Below, piece by piece: positions 50,132 through 59,725 of a DNA stretch of 64,000 nt. Position 1 is the stretch's first letter, and every line of letters starts with the position of its first letter. Origin of the DNA: an uncultured Planctomycetales bacterium (lineage in GTDB: Bacteria; Planctomycetota; Planctomycetia; Pirellulales; S012-138). The translations under genes were made by a program, and so were the position numbers. Under the pieces are notes generated by a model that saw only the letters and a list, made by a program, of their open reading frames with translations, was not told the DNA's origin and ran no database searches. The stretch spans positions 8,301 to 72,300 of the forward strand of contig CALJLD010000085.1 of the NCBI GenBank assembly GCA_937982665.1, given 5' to 3'.

Positions 50132-50647
50132 CTATGCGAGACCCTTGAGGATTTCCGCGCGGTCATCAAAGCGAACTTCCACCTGGTCAACTTGGGCCAT
50201 CAAGTTCTCCAGCTCGCTGCGGACGGCGGCCTCGTCACTCTTTTGAGGGAGCCGCTCGACGGCTTCGGCAAATGCCTCGACGTCTTTCATGATTGCCATG
50301 TCGTGTTCGTAAACGCGGTCAAGCGTTGACTCGTCAACCTGGACGAGGTCAAAGAATCCGCTGTAACCATTCATCGCGCCGGAAATCTTACCGATCAACT
50401 TATCGATCCGGCCACGCAGCCGGTCACAAAGCGGCAAAGCGTCTAACTGCGCTTTGTCCACAAGCGTGCGCGAAACGCTATCGATTCCGGCTTTGCAACG
50501 CTGGAGGCGCTCGGCCAGCCATTGGCGTTGCAAGGCATCGCTATCGCGGCGGTATTCCTTTTCCAGATAGCCACGGAAGCCGGGAATGTAACGCAGGATC
50601 GACTCGATCCAGCCGCGTTCTTTGAAATGATCTTTAGGCTCTGGCAT
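50132..50647 (-). CDS. hypothetical helical protein, upstream partner of SPFH gene
   Basis: Same strand, 71-nt gap to the SPFH gene; 171 aa, predicted all-alpha. Confidence 0.5.
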   Translation of the reverse strand: MPEPKDHFKERGWIESILRYIPGFRGYLEKEYRRDSDALQRQWLAERLQRCKAGIDSVSRTLVDKAQLDALPLCDRLRGRIDKLIGKISGAMNGYSGFFDLVQVDESTLDRVYEHDMAIMKDVEAFAEAVERLPQKSDEAAVRSELENLMAQVDQVEVRFDDRAEILKGLA

Positions 50648-51061
50648 GGGGGATTCCTTGGGGGAGTGCGCGGTAGTCTCGTACGAAACTCCGAAAACGC
50701 GCTGGAATCAAAATGCGCGGTGAATTGGCAACGGATTTGATGCTGGAAATGGTGCTGGAAACGGATTTGCGGACTATGGGGTCGGAGCTAGTGAGTTTGG
50801 AGCCTCACGGCTCTCGCAAGCAACCCGACAGCGTATTCGCGACGTTTCCAGTGATCTTTCGAGAAATCTGTTGTACCGCATCCCGGATTTGCATGCACCC
50901 TGTTTCATTCAGTTCCTGGGGGAATTCCGACGCAATCACAAGCTTTGCCGATGACGACCGTACGGCGGTTTGGCGAAGGGGGCCAATTGCAGAGCCGACA
51001 AGTTGGAATATTATGAATTCAGGTTGGGCACGGCTTCCTCTGCATCACCGCTTTTCTCCCC

Positions 51062-51745
51062 ATGGATCAACGTTCTTGGGCGAACCGCACCTGGTATCGC
51101 TTTTGCCGGTGGGTTTGTCGTGTGGTTTCCGTGCTGTGTTTCCGTTTTCGCTTTGATGGCGCGGATCATTTTCCCGCGGAAGGGGGAGCACTTGTACTCT
51201 CCAACCATCAGAGTTTTTTGGACCCGGCGTTTGTGGGCCAGTGCCACACGCGGCGGATGAACTTTGTCGCCCGCACTACGCTCAGCAAGTCCCTGATTTT
51301 TCGATTGGTGGCCGGCCCTTTGGACCCCATACCGATTGATCGCGAAGGCATCGGGCTGGGGGGAATCAAAGAGATGCTCAAGCGCGCGAAGCGCGGCGAG
51401 ATTGTTGTCTTGTTCCCTGAAGGCACACGAACCAAAGACGGCGAGTTGGGCGAACTCAAACCGGGCTTTGCAGCGCTGTGCAAACGGGCCAAACTGCCGA
51501 TCATCCCCGCGGCACTGGATGGCGCCTTCCAAGCATGGCCGAGGGGCAAGATGCTGCCTCGCAGGGGAATTGTGCAGATGGAATATGGCGAGCCGATTCC
51601 GCCGGATGTTTATGCCGACTGGGACGACGAGCGGCTTGTGGAAGAAGTCCGTGCGAGGATTGGCGCCTGCCTTGCCAAAGCACAGCGGATTCGCGCGATG
51701 CGCGGAACGCGCCCGAGCAGCGTTGCCACCAACGGCAGTGCCTGA
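51062..51745 (+). CDS. plsC: 1-acyl-sn-glycerol-3-phosphate acyltransferase
   Basis: HX4D motif (NHQSFLD) and FPEGTR motif. Confidence 0.85.
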   Translation: MDQRSWANRTWYRFCRWVCRVVSVLCFRFRFDGADHFPAEGGALVLSNHQSFLDPAFVGQCHTRRMNFVARTTLSKSLIFRLVAGPLDPIPIDREGIGLGGIKEMLKRAKRGEIVVLFPEGTRTKDGELGELKPGFAALCKRAKLPIIPAALDGAFQAWPRGKMLPRRGIVQMEYGEPIPPDVYADWDDERLVEEVRARIGACLAKAQRIRAMRGTRPSSVATNGSA

Positions 51746-51833
51746 GGAGTGAACGCAGCTGACTTGACCAAACGCTTGTAATGCCAAAGAATCTCTTGCA
51801 GAGATTGAATTCCTCCGCCGACAATTCACTGCT

Positions 51834-52388
51834 ATGAAGTGCCAATACTGCGATCGCACAGCCACGCTGCACATTACGGAGCTTGTTGACGGCAAGGCCA
51901 CTGAGTTGCACTTGTGCAAGGAACATGCGCAAGAGTATTTGACGCAAGCGGACGCAGGCGGCACGCCGTCGATTGGAGCCCCCAGTGCGCTCTCGCAGCA
52001 TTTGACCGTTGGCAATACGGAGGAAGACCTCAAACGGCTGGATCAGAAGGTATGCCCGGTGTGTGGGATTTCCTTCTATGAGTTTCGCAATTCTGGACGG
52101 CTGGGCTGCCCGAATGACTATGAATGTTTTCAGCAAGAATTAGAGGGCTTGCTGCTTAACATTCATGGCGAGACCAAGCACGTGGGCAAACGGCCAAGCT
52201 CCGGAGCTCCGGACTTGTCATCTCATACGCAAGTCATCCAGATGCGTCGACAGCTCACGGAAGCTGTCAGCGAGGAAAACTACGAGCTTGCATCGCAACT
52301 TCGCGACGAAATCCGCGACTTGCAGGCGGCATTTCGTCGGCAGCGTTCCGGCGGTGGCCAGGATGAGGGGGCTGACGCGGGGCAGTAG
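51834..52388 (+). CDS. mcsA: UvrB/UvrC-motif zinc-finger protein (McsA-like activator of protein arginine kinase)
   Basis: N-terminal CxxC...CxxH and a second CPVCG...CPNDYEC zinc-finger set, then a UVR domain (QMRRQLTEAVSEENYELASQLRDEIRDLQ). Confidence 0.7.
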   Translation: MKCQYCDRTATLHITELVDGKATELHLCKEHAQEYLTQADAGGTPSIGAPSALSQHLTVGNTEEDLKRLDQKVCPVCGISFYEFRNSGRLGCPNDYECFQQELEGLLLNIHGETKHVGKRPSSGAPDLSSHTQVIQMRRQLTEAVSEENYELASQLRDEIRDLQAAFRRQRSGGGQDEGADAGQ

Positions 52389-52572
52389 GTGTGCTTATCA
52401 AAGCAGCAGCACGGATGAATTAGGTGACAGCTTGCAGCCTGGGTTGCTCTGATCTCGATCGTCATCGACGTTTGTGGTTTTTCGCGGCAGTGTGATACGC
52501 CAATTTGCGTCGCCAGCGTCTTAACGAAATCGGGTCGTCGGGTACAATTCTGTCAGGCGTGCTCCGCAAGGG

Positions 52573-53724
52573 ATGGTTCGCGGGGACTTGCCGATTTCTG
52601 ACCTTTTGCGGATCGATTTTGTGGATATCAGCGACCTGGCGCAAACGAGCGGAGAATGGCTGCGCGGCGGCGGGCCGGAATCGGATATCGTGATCAGCAG
52701 CCGCATTCGCCTGGCACGGAATCTGGCCGAATATCCGTTTGTCAATCAAGCAGGTCCCATCGAGCGCCACGAGATTGAGAATACGCTCAAAGATGCCATC
52801 AGCGGGATCAGTGGCAACAAGCTGGAATATTTCAGCGTTGATGAGTTCTCGCCGTTGGACAGGCAGTTCCTGGTAGAACGCCAGCTCATCAGTCGTGAAC
52901 ATGCCGAAAGCGAAGGCGCCCGCGGCGTGGCGATTGATCCAAGCGAACGCGTCAGCTTGATGGTCAATGAAGAAGACCATCTGCGCATTCAAGTCATGCA
53001 CAGCGGCTTAGACTTGGAATCGGCCTGGAAAGAGATCTCTCGGATTGATGATGAGATTGAGAAGCAGGTCACGTATGCGTTTGATGACCGTCTAGGTTAT
53101 TTGACCGCTTGCCCGACAAACGCTGGTACGGGATTGCGCGTGAGCGTGATGTTGCACCTGCCGGCGGTGGCATTGACGGAACAGGTCGAAAAGATCTTTC
53201 GTAGCCTGCAGAAGATTAGTGTGGCTGTCCGCGGGTTGTATGGTGAGGGCTCACAGCCTGCCGGGGACTTCTATCAAATCAGCAATCAAATCACGTTGGG
53301 TCGTGATGAGACGAACTTGATCGACACCGTTGCTGATGTTGTGCCGACAATCATCGAATACGAGCGGAAGGCCCGCGAATACCTGCAAGAGGAGAAGAAA
53401 GAAGTTCTGCATGATCGCATCAGCCGTGCGTACGGGATTTTGCGGAACGCACAGACCATCACGTCTGAGGAAACGATGCATTATCTTTCCCGCGTGCGGA
53501 TGGGCATCAACATGGGGCTGATCAAAGACTTGCGAATCCCGACTGTGAACGAACTGTTCATCTATACGCAGCCTGCCCATTTGCAAAAGCTCAGCGGCAG
53601 TGAGATGAACAGCGCCAACCGCAATATTGAGCGGGCTCGCTATCTGCGCGAACACCTGGACGGCAGCGGATCTGATAACGGAGGATCCACCGGCGGTTCA
53701 GGAAATGGCGGCAGCCTGGCTTGA
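52573..53724 (+). CDS. mcsB: protein arginine kinase (ATP:guanido phosphotransferase)
   Basis: SSRIRLARNLAEYPF and the CPTNAGTGLRVSVMLHLPA phosphagen-kinase active-site signature, with a Gly/Ser-rich C-terminal tail. Confidence 0.85.
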   Translation: MVRGDLPISDLLRIDFVDISDLAQTSGEWLRGGGPESDIVISSRIRLARNLAEYPFVNQAGPIERHEIENTLKDAISGISGNKLEYFSVDEFSPLDRQFLVERQLISREHAESEGARGVAIDPSERVSLMVNEEDHLRIQVMHSGLDLESAWKEISRIDDEIEKQVTYAFDDRLGYLTACPTNAGTGLRVSVMLHLPAVALTEQVEKIFRSLQKISVAVRGLYGEGSQPAGDFYQISNQITLGRDETNLIDTVADVVPTIIEYERKAREYLQEEKKEVLHDRISRAYGILRNAQTITSEETMHYLSRVRMGINMGLIKDLRIPTVNELFIYTQPAHLQKLSGSEMNSANRNIERARYLREHLDGSGSDNGGSTGGSGNGGSLA

Positions 53725-53748
53725 TACCGCAGCTTTCTTTACGGATTG

Positions 53749-55977
53749 CTAGGCCTGATCGCTGCGAGTGGGAATCGGCCGCACAACAATCCGCGATCCT
53801 TGCACTTTGACGACAACAATCTCTTCGCCCTTCTCTGCTGGCTGGCCATCCGAGACCACGTCGTACAGTGTTCCTTCAATGCGCACCTTGCCTGAGGGTC
53901 GCAGGTCCGTGGCGGCCGTGCCGGACTCGCCAACAAGGTGCGAATAGATGGCCAAAGACTCTCGCGCGAGGGCCGTCTCGGCTTCGTCGCCTTCTGGCGG
54001 GGAAAGGACAAGGCTGCCAAAGCGTCCAGACTTGGGGAAGTATCTGCGCAGCAACACAAACGTCACCACCATCCCCACACCAGCGGACGTAACAATGAAC
54101 AGGCTCTTGAGAAGCTGATCAAGCTGTCCACGGTCAGTGAAGTCCCCTGTAATCGACTGCATGGCCATCACGAGCGAAGCCACGATGAGAATGCCGCCCC
54201 CGAGTCCGAAAATCCCCACGCCGGGAATGACAAAGATCTCCAGCAGCAAGAAGATCAGTCCCGCGATGAACAACAGGATCTCCAACCAGCCGGCGGTTCC
54301 ATCCAGGTAATTCCCCCAGAAGAACAGCAAGAAACAGACGCAGGCGATAAACCCACCGATGCCGGTGCCGGGCGATTGCATCTCGACGAAGAATGCAGAG
54401 CCGCCAATCAACAGCAATGCCCACATCACGCCTTCTTGCGTGAGCGCGTTGACCAAAGTATCCAGCCAGGTGGGCTGAATTGACTCGGGCTCTTTGTCCA
54501 AACCGTAAAGCGCGCGGATCTCGCTGGAATCGTTGGCGATTTCCGTTGCGATACCGAATCGCAATGCGGCATCAGCGTCGAGCGTGAGAGCAACGTTGTT
54601 TTCCGTTATCGGCTGGCCTTGATGCCAAACGTGCGGGACTGGCTGCGAATTGCGTTCGATTTCGCTGAAGGCCGCCGACCGACCGTCGTTGGCGTTTTGG
54701 TATTCGTAAACAGTTAACGTGGGGTCAATCATCGCCATTAGCACAGAGTGCGAGCGACCTGTTTCGCGCGAGACCTCGCGAAGTGCTTCATTCTTGAGTT
54801 GAATGTCCTCTTGCGGCAAATCAGGAATGCCGCCGCCGAGTTTTGCATCCGGGCTCATCAACAGGTGATCGCACGCCATGGCAATGAACGCGGCGTCCGC
54901 GTTGGCTCTGCGGTTCACAAAGGCTACTGTGCGTCGTTCGTCTTCAGGCAGTTTCGCCAAAAAGATCGCCAGGGTTTGGCTGGCTTCCGGAGCGCCACCG
55001 GGGCTATCGATGTTGAGAATGATCAGGTTGGCGTCTTTTTCGTCAATCGCCCTTTGGATGCTGCGTTGGATCTGTTGGACAAACCGCGGCGTGAATGGCT
55101 CATCCAGGTTGATCTTTACGGCGCGCCAGCCTTCGGACAATGAGATGTCTTCTTCCATCGCGGTGATGGGAAGATCCAAGGCGGCCGCCAACGCCTGGCG
55201 GCTTTCAACCAGATGCTGCACGAATCCGGCGTTGAAACCTTGCGTGCCGGTGAACAATCCAAACTCGCCGCTAGCGATCACCGGCGGCTGTTTGCGAATG
55301 GCTTGTTCCTGTTGTTCGATTTCGTCGGCCTCGGCGGTTGTGGCGAACCTGCGGCCACCGGCGACTTCGATCTCCCAGATTTCCAAGGCGCGGTCCAACA
55401 TTCCTTTCGCAACCGCGGCAGGGACATTACGACGAGCGTTGGCGATTTCCTCATACGTTGCCAGCGTCGACGGTGCAATCACCGCATCATCGATACCCGC
55501 TTCGCCAAGGCTTGAATCTTTGGACATGGCGATTTGCTCGCAAGCCAACACGACTAGCGCTGCGTGGCCGTTGAGTTTCTGCGGATCTCCCGATGCACTG
55601 TTGGGGATGTATGCGACGGTTGTTGCGGAGAGTTCCGTGATTGCCTGCGCCAAATCACGCGCCGCTCCCAAAGATGTGTTTGCAGGCTCGATCTCAAAAA
55701 TGATGACCGGCTGATGGCCAGCCTGCCGAGCGCGGGCTTCAAAGCTTCTCGCCTGGCGGATCGCCCTTTCCACAACTGTTGAGGAAATGGGCGAAGGGAT
55801 ACGAATCAATTGGCCCTGGTCCGGCACCACTTGCGGAGCGTTGTCATCCTGGGCTTCTGCGCGATGAAGCAAGAAAAGCACGATCGCCGGAGCCAGTAGC
55901 AAGTGCGGCAGCATCGTGATTCGGCGTCGCTGCTCAAACGGCGCGGAAAGTCGTTGGTTTCTGATCCTTGAACTCAT
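53749..55977 (-). CDS. nfeD: long-form NfeD membrane protease (tandem ClpP/crotonase-like domains, TM segment, C-terminal OB-fold)
   Basis: Signal peptide, two S49/ClpP-like modules, 4-5 TM helices (LLLIGGSAFF...GILIVASLVMAM), and a C-terminal beta domain (GKVRIEGTLYDVVSDG...VVVKVQGSRIVVRP). Confidence 0.7.
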   Translation of the reverse strand: MSSRIRNQRLSAPFEQRRRITMLPHLLLAPAIVLFLLHRAEAQDDNAPQVVPDQGQLIRIPSPISSTVVERAIRQARSFEARARQAGHQPVIIFEIEPANTSLGAARDLAQAITELSATTVAYIPNSASGDPQKLNGHAALVVLACEQIAMSKDSSLGEAGIDDAVIAPSTLATYEEIANARRNVPAAVAKGMLDRALEIWEIEVAGGRRFATTAEADEIEQQEQAIRKQPPVIASGEFGLFTGTQGFNAGFVQHLVESRQALAAALDLPITAMEEDISLSEGWRAVKINLDEPFTPRFVQQIQRSIQRAIDEKDANLIILNIDSPGGAPEASQTLAIFLAKLPEDERRTVAFVNRRANADAAFIAMACDHLLMSPDAKLGGGIPDLPQEDIQLKNEALREVSRETGRSHSVLMAMIDPTLTVYEYQNANDGRSAAFSEIERNSQPVPHVWHQGQPITENNVALTLDADAALRFGIATEIANDSSEIRALYGLDKEPESIQPTWLDTLVNALTQEGVMWALLLIGGSAFFVEMQSPGTGIGGFIACVCFLLFFWGNYLDGTAGWLEILLFIAGLIFLLLEIFVIPGVGIFGLGGGILIVASLVMAMQSITGDFTDRGQLDQLLKSLFIVTSAGVGMVVTFVLLRRYFPKSGRFGSLVLSPPEGDEAETALARESLAIYSHLVGESGTAATDLRPSGKVRIEGTLYDVVSDGQPAEKGEEIVVVKVQGSRIVVRPIPTRSDQA

Positions 55978-56228
55978 TCCGACTTCGCTCTCTCTAAAGC
56001 TTGTCTGGCTTTATCGTGCGGCTTGAACGGGGCTCCCAGCACCGATGACAACGCCGGGGCGAACCCGGAAAGAGGAGCCGAACTATTGGAGGCCAAATTA
56101 TAGGTTTCCGCAGGAAAGAGAGTCAATTTGGCCAGAGGACGCGATGAAAAACGCTGTTTACCCCGGTGCGGACAGTTGCGCAGTTGCCAAACGCGCTTTT
56201 TGAGTTTTGGCGGTTGGAGCAAGGCAAA

Positions 56229-56325
56229 CGGAAGTGCATGGGAATCGAACCCACCGGCGACAAGGTTGACTCGCCGCCCACCGGTTTTGAAGACCGGGGC
56301 CGCCACCAGGCGTACAGGCACTTCC
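56229..56325 (-). tRNA. selC: tRNA-Sec (selenocysteine, anticodon UCA)
   Basis: Minus-strand read: GGAAGUGC...CCGGU-CUUCAAA-ACCGG...GGGUUCGAUUCCCAU-GCACUUCC-G. It has an 8-bp acceptor stem, an anticodon loop identical to E. coli selC (CUUCAAA), a long variable arm (CGGCGA...UCGCCG), and an 8/5 acceptor/T-stem geometry. The CCA end is not encoded. Total 97 nt. Confidence 0.8.
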
Positions 56326-56532
56326 CCTTTGCGCTAGTGCATGCCCAGGGCAAAGGCATTCGTCCGCTTTGGCGGACTCTTTTGTTATAGTACGAAGTGC
56401 TCGAGCTTCCCACTATTGTTCAAAATCGAAGCGGAATCGTCCCAAGGAGCTTTTGCTACGAGTCTTCTGCTCATATAGGTAATGATCGCCACCGGCAGGT
56501 TCTTGGCTTCCTGCGCACTGGAGAGTGCGAAT

Positions 56533-56841
56533 ATGTCACCAATGAAAACGCCGCCCACGGCCGGGATGCTAGAAGAAGCGATGCTCTCTCTACCACAAGC
56601 GGCACGCCGTTTGGGAGTGAGTGTCAAAGAACTCCGCGAATTGCTTGGACGCGGCGAGATCTTGTTTGTGGAGGTTTCTGGGCGGTTGCGCGTGCCTGCA
56701 CTTAGGATTGATGCCTACAAGGCCGCCATTGAATCGCGCAAGGCTGCAGACGCGCAAGCCGATTCAAGTGCTCCGCGCGATCGTACTGCACGAAGAGCCC
56801 AAGGCCAGAAACCGCCAAAGCGGAAACGCTCATCTCCATGA
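56533..56841 (+). CDS. excisionase-family helix-turn-helix DNA-binding protein
   Basis: LSLPQAARRLGVSVKELRELLGRGEILFVEVSGRLRVP is the HTH_17 fold. ATG at 56533 with a GGAGAG RBS; basic C-terminal tail. Confidence 0.6.
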   Translation: MSPMKTPPTAGMLEEAMLSLPQAARRLGVSVKELRELLGRGEILFVEVSGRLRVPALRIDAYKAAIESRKAADAQADSSAPRDRTARRAQGQKPPKRKRSSP

Positions 56842-56963
56842 GCGCTTTGCTTACGCCAAAAGAAAACAGGCCGCGCGATTTGCGCGGCCTGTTGCTCATG
56901 TCGTGCAGTTTATTTGGCAACAGCGGTTTGATTGCATGACCGCATTGTTGCCGTCGGCAATTT

Positions 56964-58385
56964 CTAGTCGTACCACCAGTGGTCGCCCAGCGGAGCAACG
57001 TCATTGGCGGCCAATTCGATCTTGCCATCGGTTTCCTTCTCGCTGAGGACCTTCCAGGAGTTGATCTCAACGCCACCAGAAGCGGTGATGAAGGTTTGGC
57101 CTCGCTTGGCCAAGACGCTGGCTTTGGTTTCGACCAGCTTCGGCACATCTTCGTAATCGGCCGTGGGCAGTGCGTCCGCGTCCATCAGCAAGGAAAGATC
57201 ACAACCAGCTTTGTTGGCCATGTCTTCTTTGGTGATCACAGCAGCCACGATGGCCAGGTCCATGATGTTTCGCAGTTCGCCAAAGATGGGATGTTTCTTG
57301 GAAAGCTCTTCGTAGTTGTCGGTCATTTGATCGGCAAACCGCTGAGCCATGGGATTGGCGCGACCTTGACGCTGGACAGCGCCATTGGCGGTCAGCACGG
57401 AATCTTCCGTCATGACTTGGACGCCGGGACCACGCAGTTCCCAGGTCATGCCATCTTCGGAACGAACGATTGCGTCATACTTGGGAGCCAGCCACCAGCG
57501 AGGTGTGGCAGCGCCCGCAGACGTCATCATCTCGACGTAACTCTTGACGCCACGAACGTTGGACGGCTCATGACCCATGGCAATCCGCTTCATGCGATAA
57601 TCGGCGGCGACCATTGTGCGAGCCAATTCGCTATCGAGCGAAACGCCTTCAATGGTGATTTGCTGCGGTCCCAAGGCCGCTTCAACTTCGTTGGTCAAGT
57701 TCGCATGATTGCCGCGAACGTTTCGCATGTATTGCGCGAACTTTTGCAGGCCTTCGGCCGTGGGGTCGATCGAGCAGGTGATCGGATGGCGAGAAGTGGC
57801 TTCGGCCGTTCGCAAAGCAACCAACAGGTGGTCAAGTTGCAAAATGGGAGCACCGGTCTCGGCGCCAACCATGTTTCCCTGAGCATCGACAACTGGACGT
57901 TCCGCGGGGCCTACAAGGATAATGTCGTTCTCTTCGGGAATGGCGAAGACATACTCGATGCGCGTCATGCCGCCCATCAATTCCATCTCGTCAGTCACCA
58001 CCGGCGATTCGCCAGCTTCCGCGCGGGCGCGAATGGCGGCTTGCAAACGGTTCAGCGAAATTCTTCGCATCCCGCCATGCGCCATGTCTTTGGGCAGGTT
58101 CTTCAGGATGGCGTCACGCAGTTCGCGTTGAGCCTTGGCTTCAGCAACTGTGGCGTTGCGCAAGACGCCTTCGGAATCGATGGTGACACCACCGACAGCG
58201 CTTCCGCCGAATCCACCGACGGACCACTGGGCAAGAGTGAAAATCGCGATGGCCGCTGCACAGGCCACACCTGTGCCGCGCAGCCACATGGAACGCGAAC
58301 GCAATGACATGAGCGGGTCTCCCTGCACGAAGTTTCCTGCACGGTTACCGTTTGCCTCGAAAATAGGCAATCGGTTTCCCTGCAC
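56964..58385 (-). CDS. DUF1598-like secreted protein
   Basis: Signal peptide after the Met at ~58310. Overall resemblance to Planctomycete DUF1598 proteins; assignment by recall only. Confidence 0.45.
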   Translation of the reverse strand: MQGNRLPIFEANGNRAGNFVQGDPLMSLRSRSMWLRGTGVACAAAIAIFTLAQWSVGGFGGSAVGGVTIDSEGVLRNATVAEAKAQRELRDAILKNLPKDMAHGGMRRISLNRLQAAIRARAEAGESPVVTDEMELMGGMTRIEYVFAIPEENDIILVGPAERPVVDAQGNMVGAETGAPILQLDHLLVALRTAEATSRHPITCSIDPTAEGLQKFAQYMRNVRGNHANLTNEVEAALGPQQITIEGVSLDSELARTMVAADYRMKRIAMGHEPSNVRGVKSYVEMMTSAGAATPRWWLAPKYDAIVRSEDGMTWELRGPGVQVMTEDSVLTANGAVQRQGRANPMAQRFADQMTDNYEELSKKHPIFGELRNIMDLAIVAAVITKEDMANKAGCDLSLLMDADALPTADYEDVPKLVETKASVLAKRGQTFITASGGVEINSWKVLSEKETDGKIELAANDVAPLGDHWWYD

Positions 58386-58739
58386 GGGTTTACGGTGGAA
58401 CCGTCACCGGCCTCTGTCTCCGATCCTCGGGCGGCAACTGGAATTCACGACATGATGGACAAACACCTAAACGCCCTGGCGGCAACACATTCCGGCAGCA
58501 GTTGGCCGGCAATGATAAACCGGGGGCGCAGGGTGCCTGAACACTGTCAAAAGTAATCGGCGGGGTCAGAATTTGCAAGAAATCCTTGCCTGATCCCCCT
58601 GGTTCTCCAAAAAGCCCACCCTGCCGCGCAGCCGATGACCTCGGCCGCATTCAAAGCCGCAGCATGGGCATGATATCGGATCAATTGCCTCATATTCGGA
58701 CTAATTGCTTCCAGCGGAGCGGCCACAGGCAGTTCGCAG

Positions 58740-59495
58740 CTATTCCCCAGAGATCTCGCGAATTCGCACGTTGCGGAATGCCAAATCGCCTTGGTGGTCA
58801 CCCTGGAAGCAGAGATGTCCTTCGTCAGCTTTGCCGAAGTTTTCCATCGATCCGAACTTGCTGGCCGCGACCTTCTCGTTCCAGTCGTCGCTGCCTTTGA
58901 CGTATTCACAGTACTTCACGCCGTTCATGTAGTGCTCGCATTTTTCCGGCGTGATCAGCACGCGGATCTCATTCCACTCGCCAGCTGGCTTGGTCGCGTC
59001 GGTTTCGGCCGGGTAAAGAGCATAAAGCCAACCGGCTTTTTGCGGATCGTGGCCGCCTTCGTTGTCTTGGAGTTGGATTTCGGGGCCGGTACGCCAGGGG
59101 TTAGGCTCGGTCTCCTTGACGTGGTACATCACGCCGCTGTTGCCGCCCTCGCCAATGCGATATTCAAAGACCAATTCAAACGCACCGAATTGGTCGGTCG
59201 TGACGATATCGCCGGCTGATGTTGAGGTCTTCGTCAATGCGCCGTCAACAACTTGCCAGCCTTCGTTGATGCCATCCCTGCGGTAGTTTCGCCATCCTTC
59301 GGTTGTCTTGCCGTCGAACAGCAGTCGCCAACCGGCTTCTTTTTCTGCGTCGGTCAGTGTGTTGGGCTCGCGGGGGTCTTCTTTCGCAACAACCTGATCA
59401 CGGCCCGTTTGCTGCTGGCCGGTTTGGGCAAGCGTTTGTGAAGCCACAACTGCGATCACTAAAGCCGGCAGGAGCAGGAATCGTTTTGGAATCAT
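58740..59495 (-). CDS. DUF1080 family protein (3-keto-disaccharide hydrolase-like), secreted
   Basis: Signal peptide (MIPKRFLLLPALVIAVVASQTLA), then LFDGKTTEGW..GW..ALT...GNSGVMYH...GPEIQ...FRNVRIRE, the DUF1080 laminin-G-like jelly-roll signature. Confidence 0.75.
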   Translation of the reverse strand: MIPKRFLLLPALVIAVVASQTLAQTGQQQTGRDQVVAKEDPREPNTLTDAEKEAGWRLLFDGKTTEGWRNYRRDGINEGWQVVDGALTKTSTSAGDIVTTDQFGAFELVFEYRIGEGGNSGVMYHVKETEPNPWRTGPEIQLQDNEGGHDPQKAGWLYALYPAETDATKPAGEWNEIRVLITPEKCEHYMNGVKYCEYVKGSDDWNEKVAASKFGSMENFGKADEGHLCFQGDHQGDLAFRNVRIREISGE

Positions 59496-59725
59496 GAGGC
59501 TATCTCCAAATGTTTCGTGTTTTTGTTTTGCTGAGGACATACCGACACTCCCAGCGTGGCTCAACCTAATGTTTCGCCACCGCACGCGTCGGGAGATTTC
59601 AACTTCGTTTGGTCGAATTCGTCTTCGACACAGCTGACCGGTCTGAAGCGCAGAAGCGCGATTTACACCTGATGGTTTTGCCCAAAAGTGCAATTCAAAA
59701 CGCTCTGTTGTTTCAGATTCGAATA

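Noticed and set aside
56128-56400. Integrative island at selC (excisionase-like gene adjacent).
   Set aside because: No integrase, no direct repeat of the tRNA 3' end, and downstream genes are ordinary Planctomycete periplasmic enzymes. HTH_17 proteins are common stand-alone regulators in this phylum.
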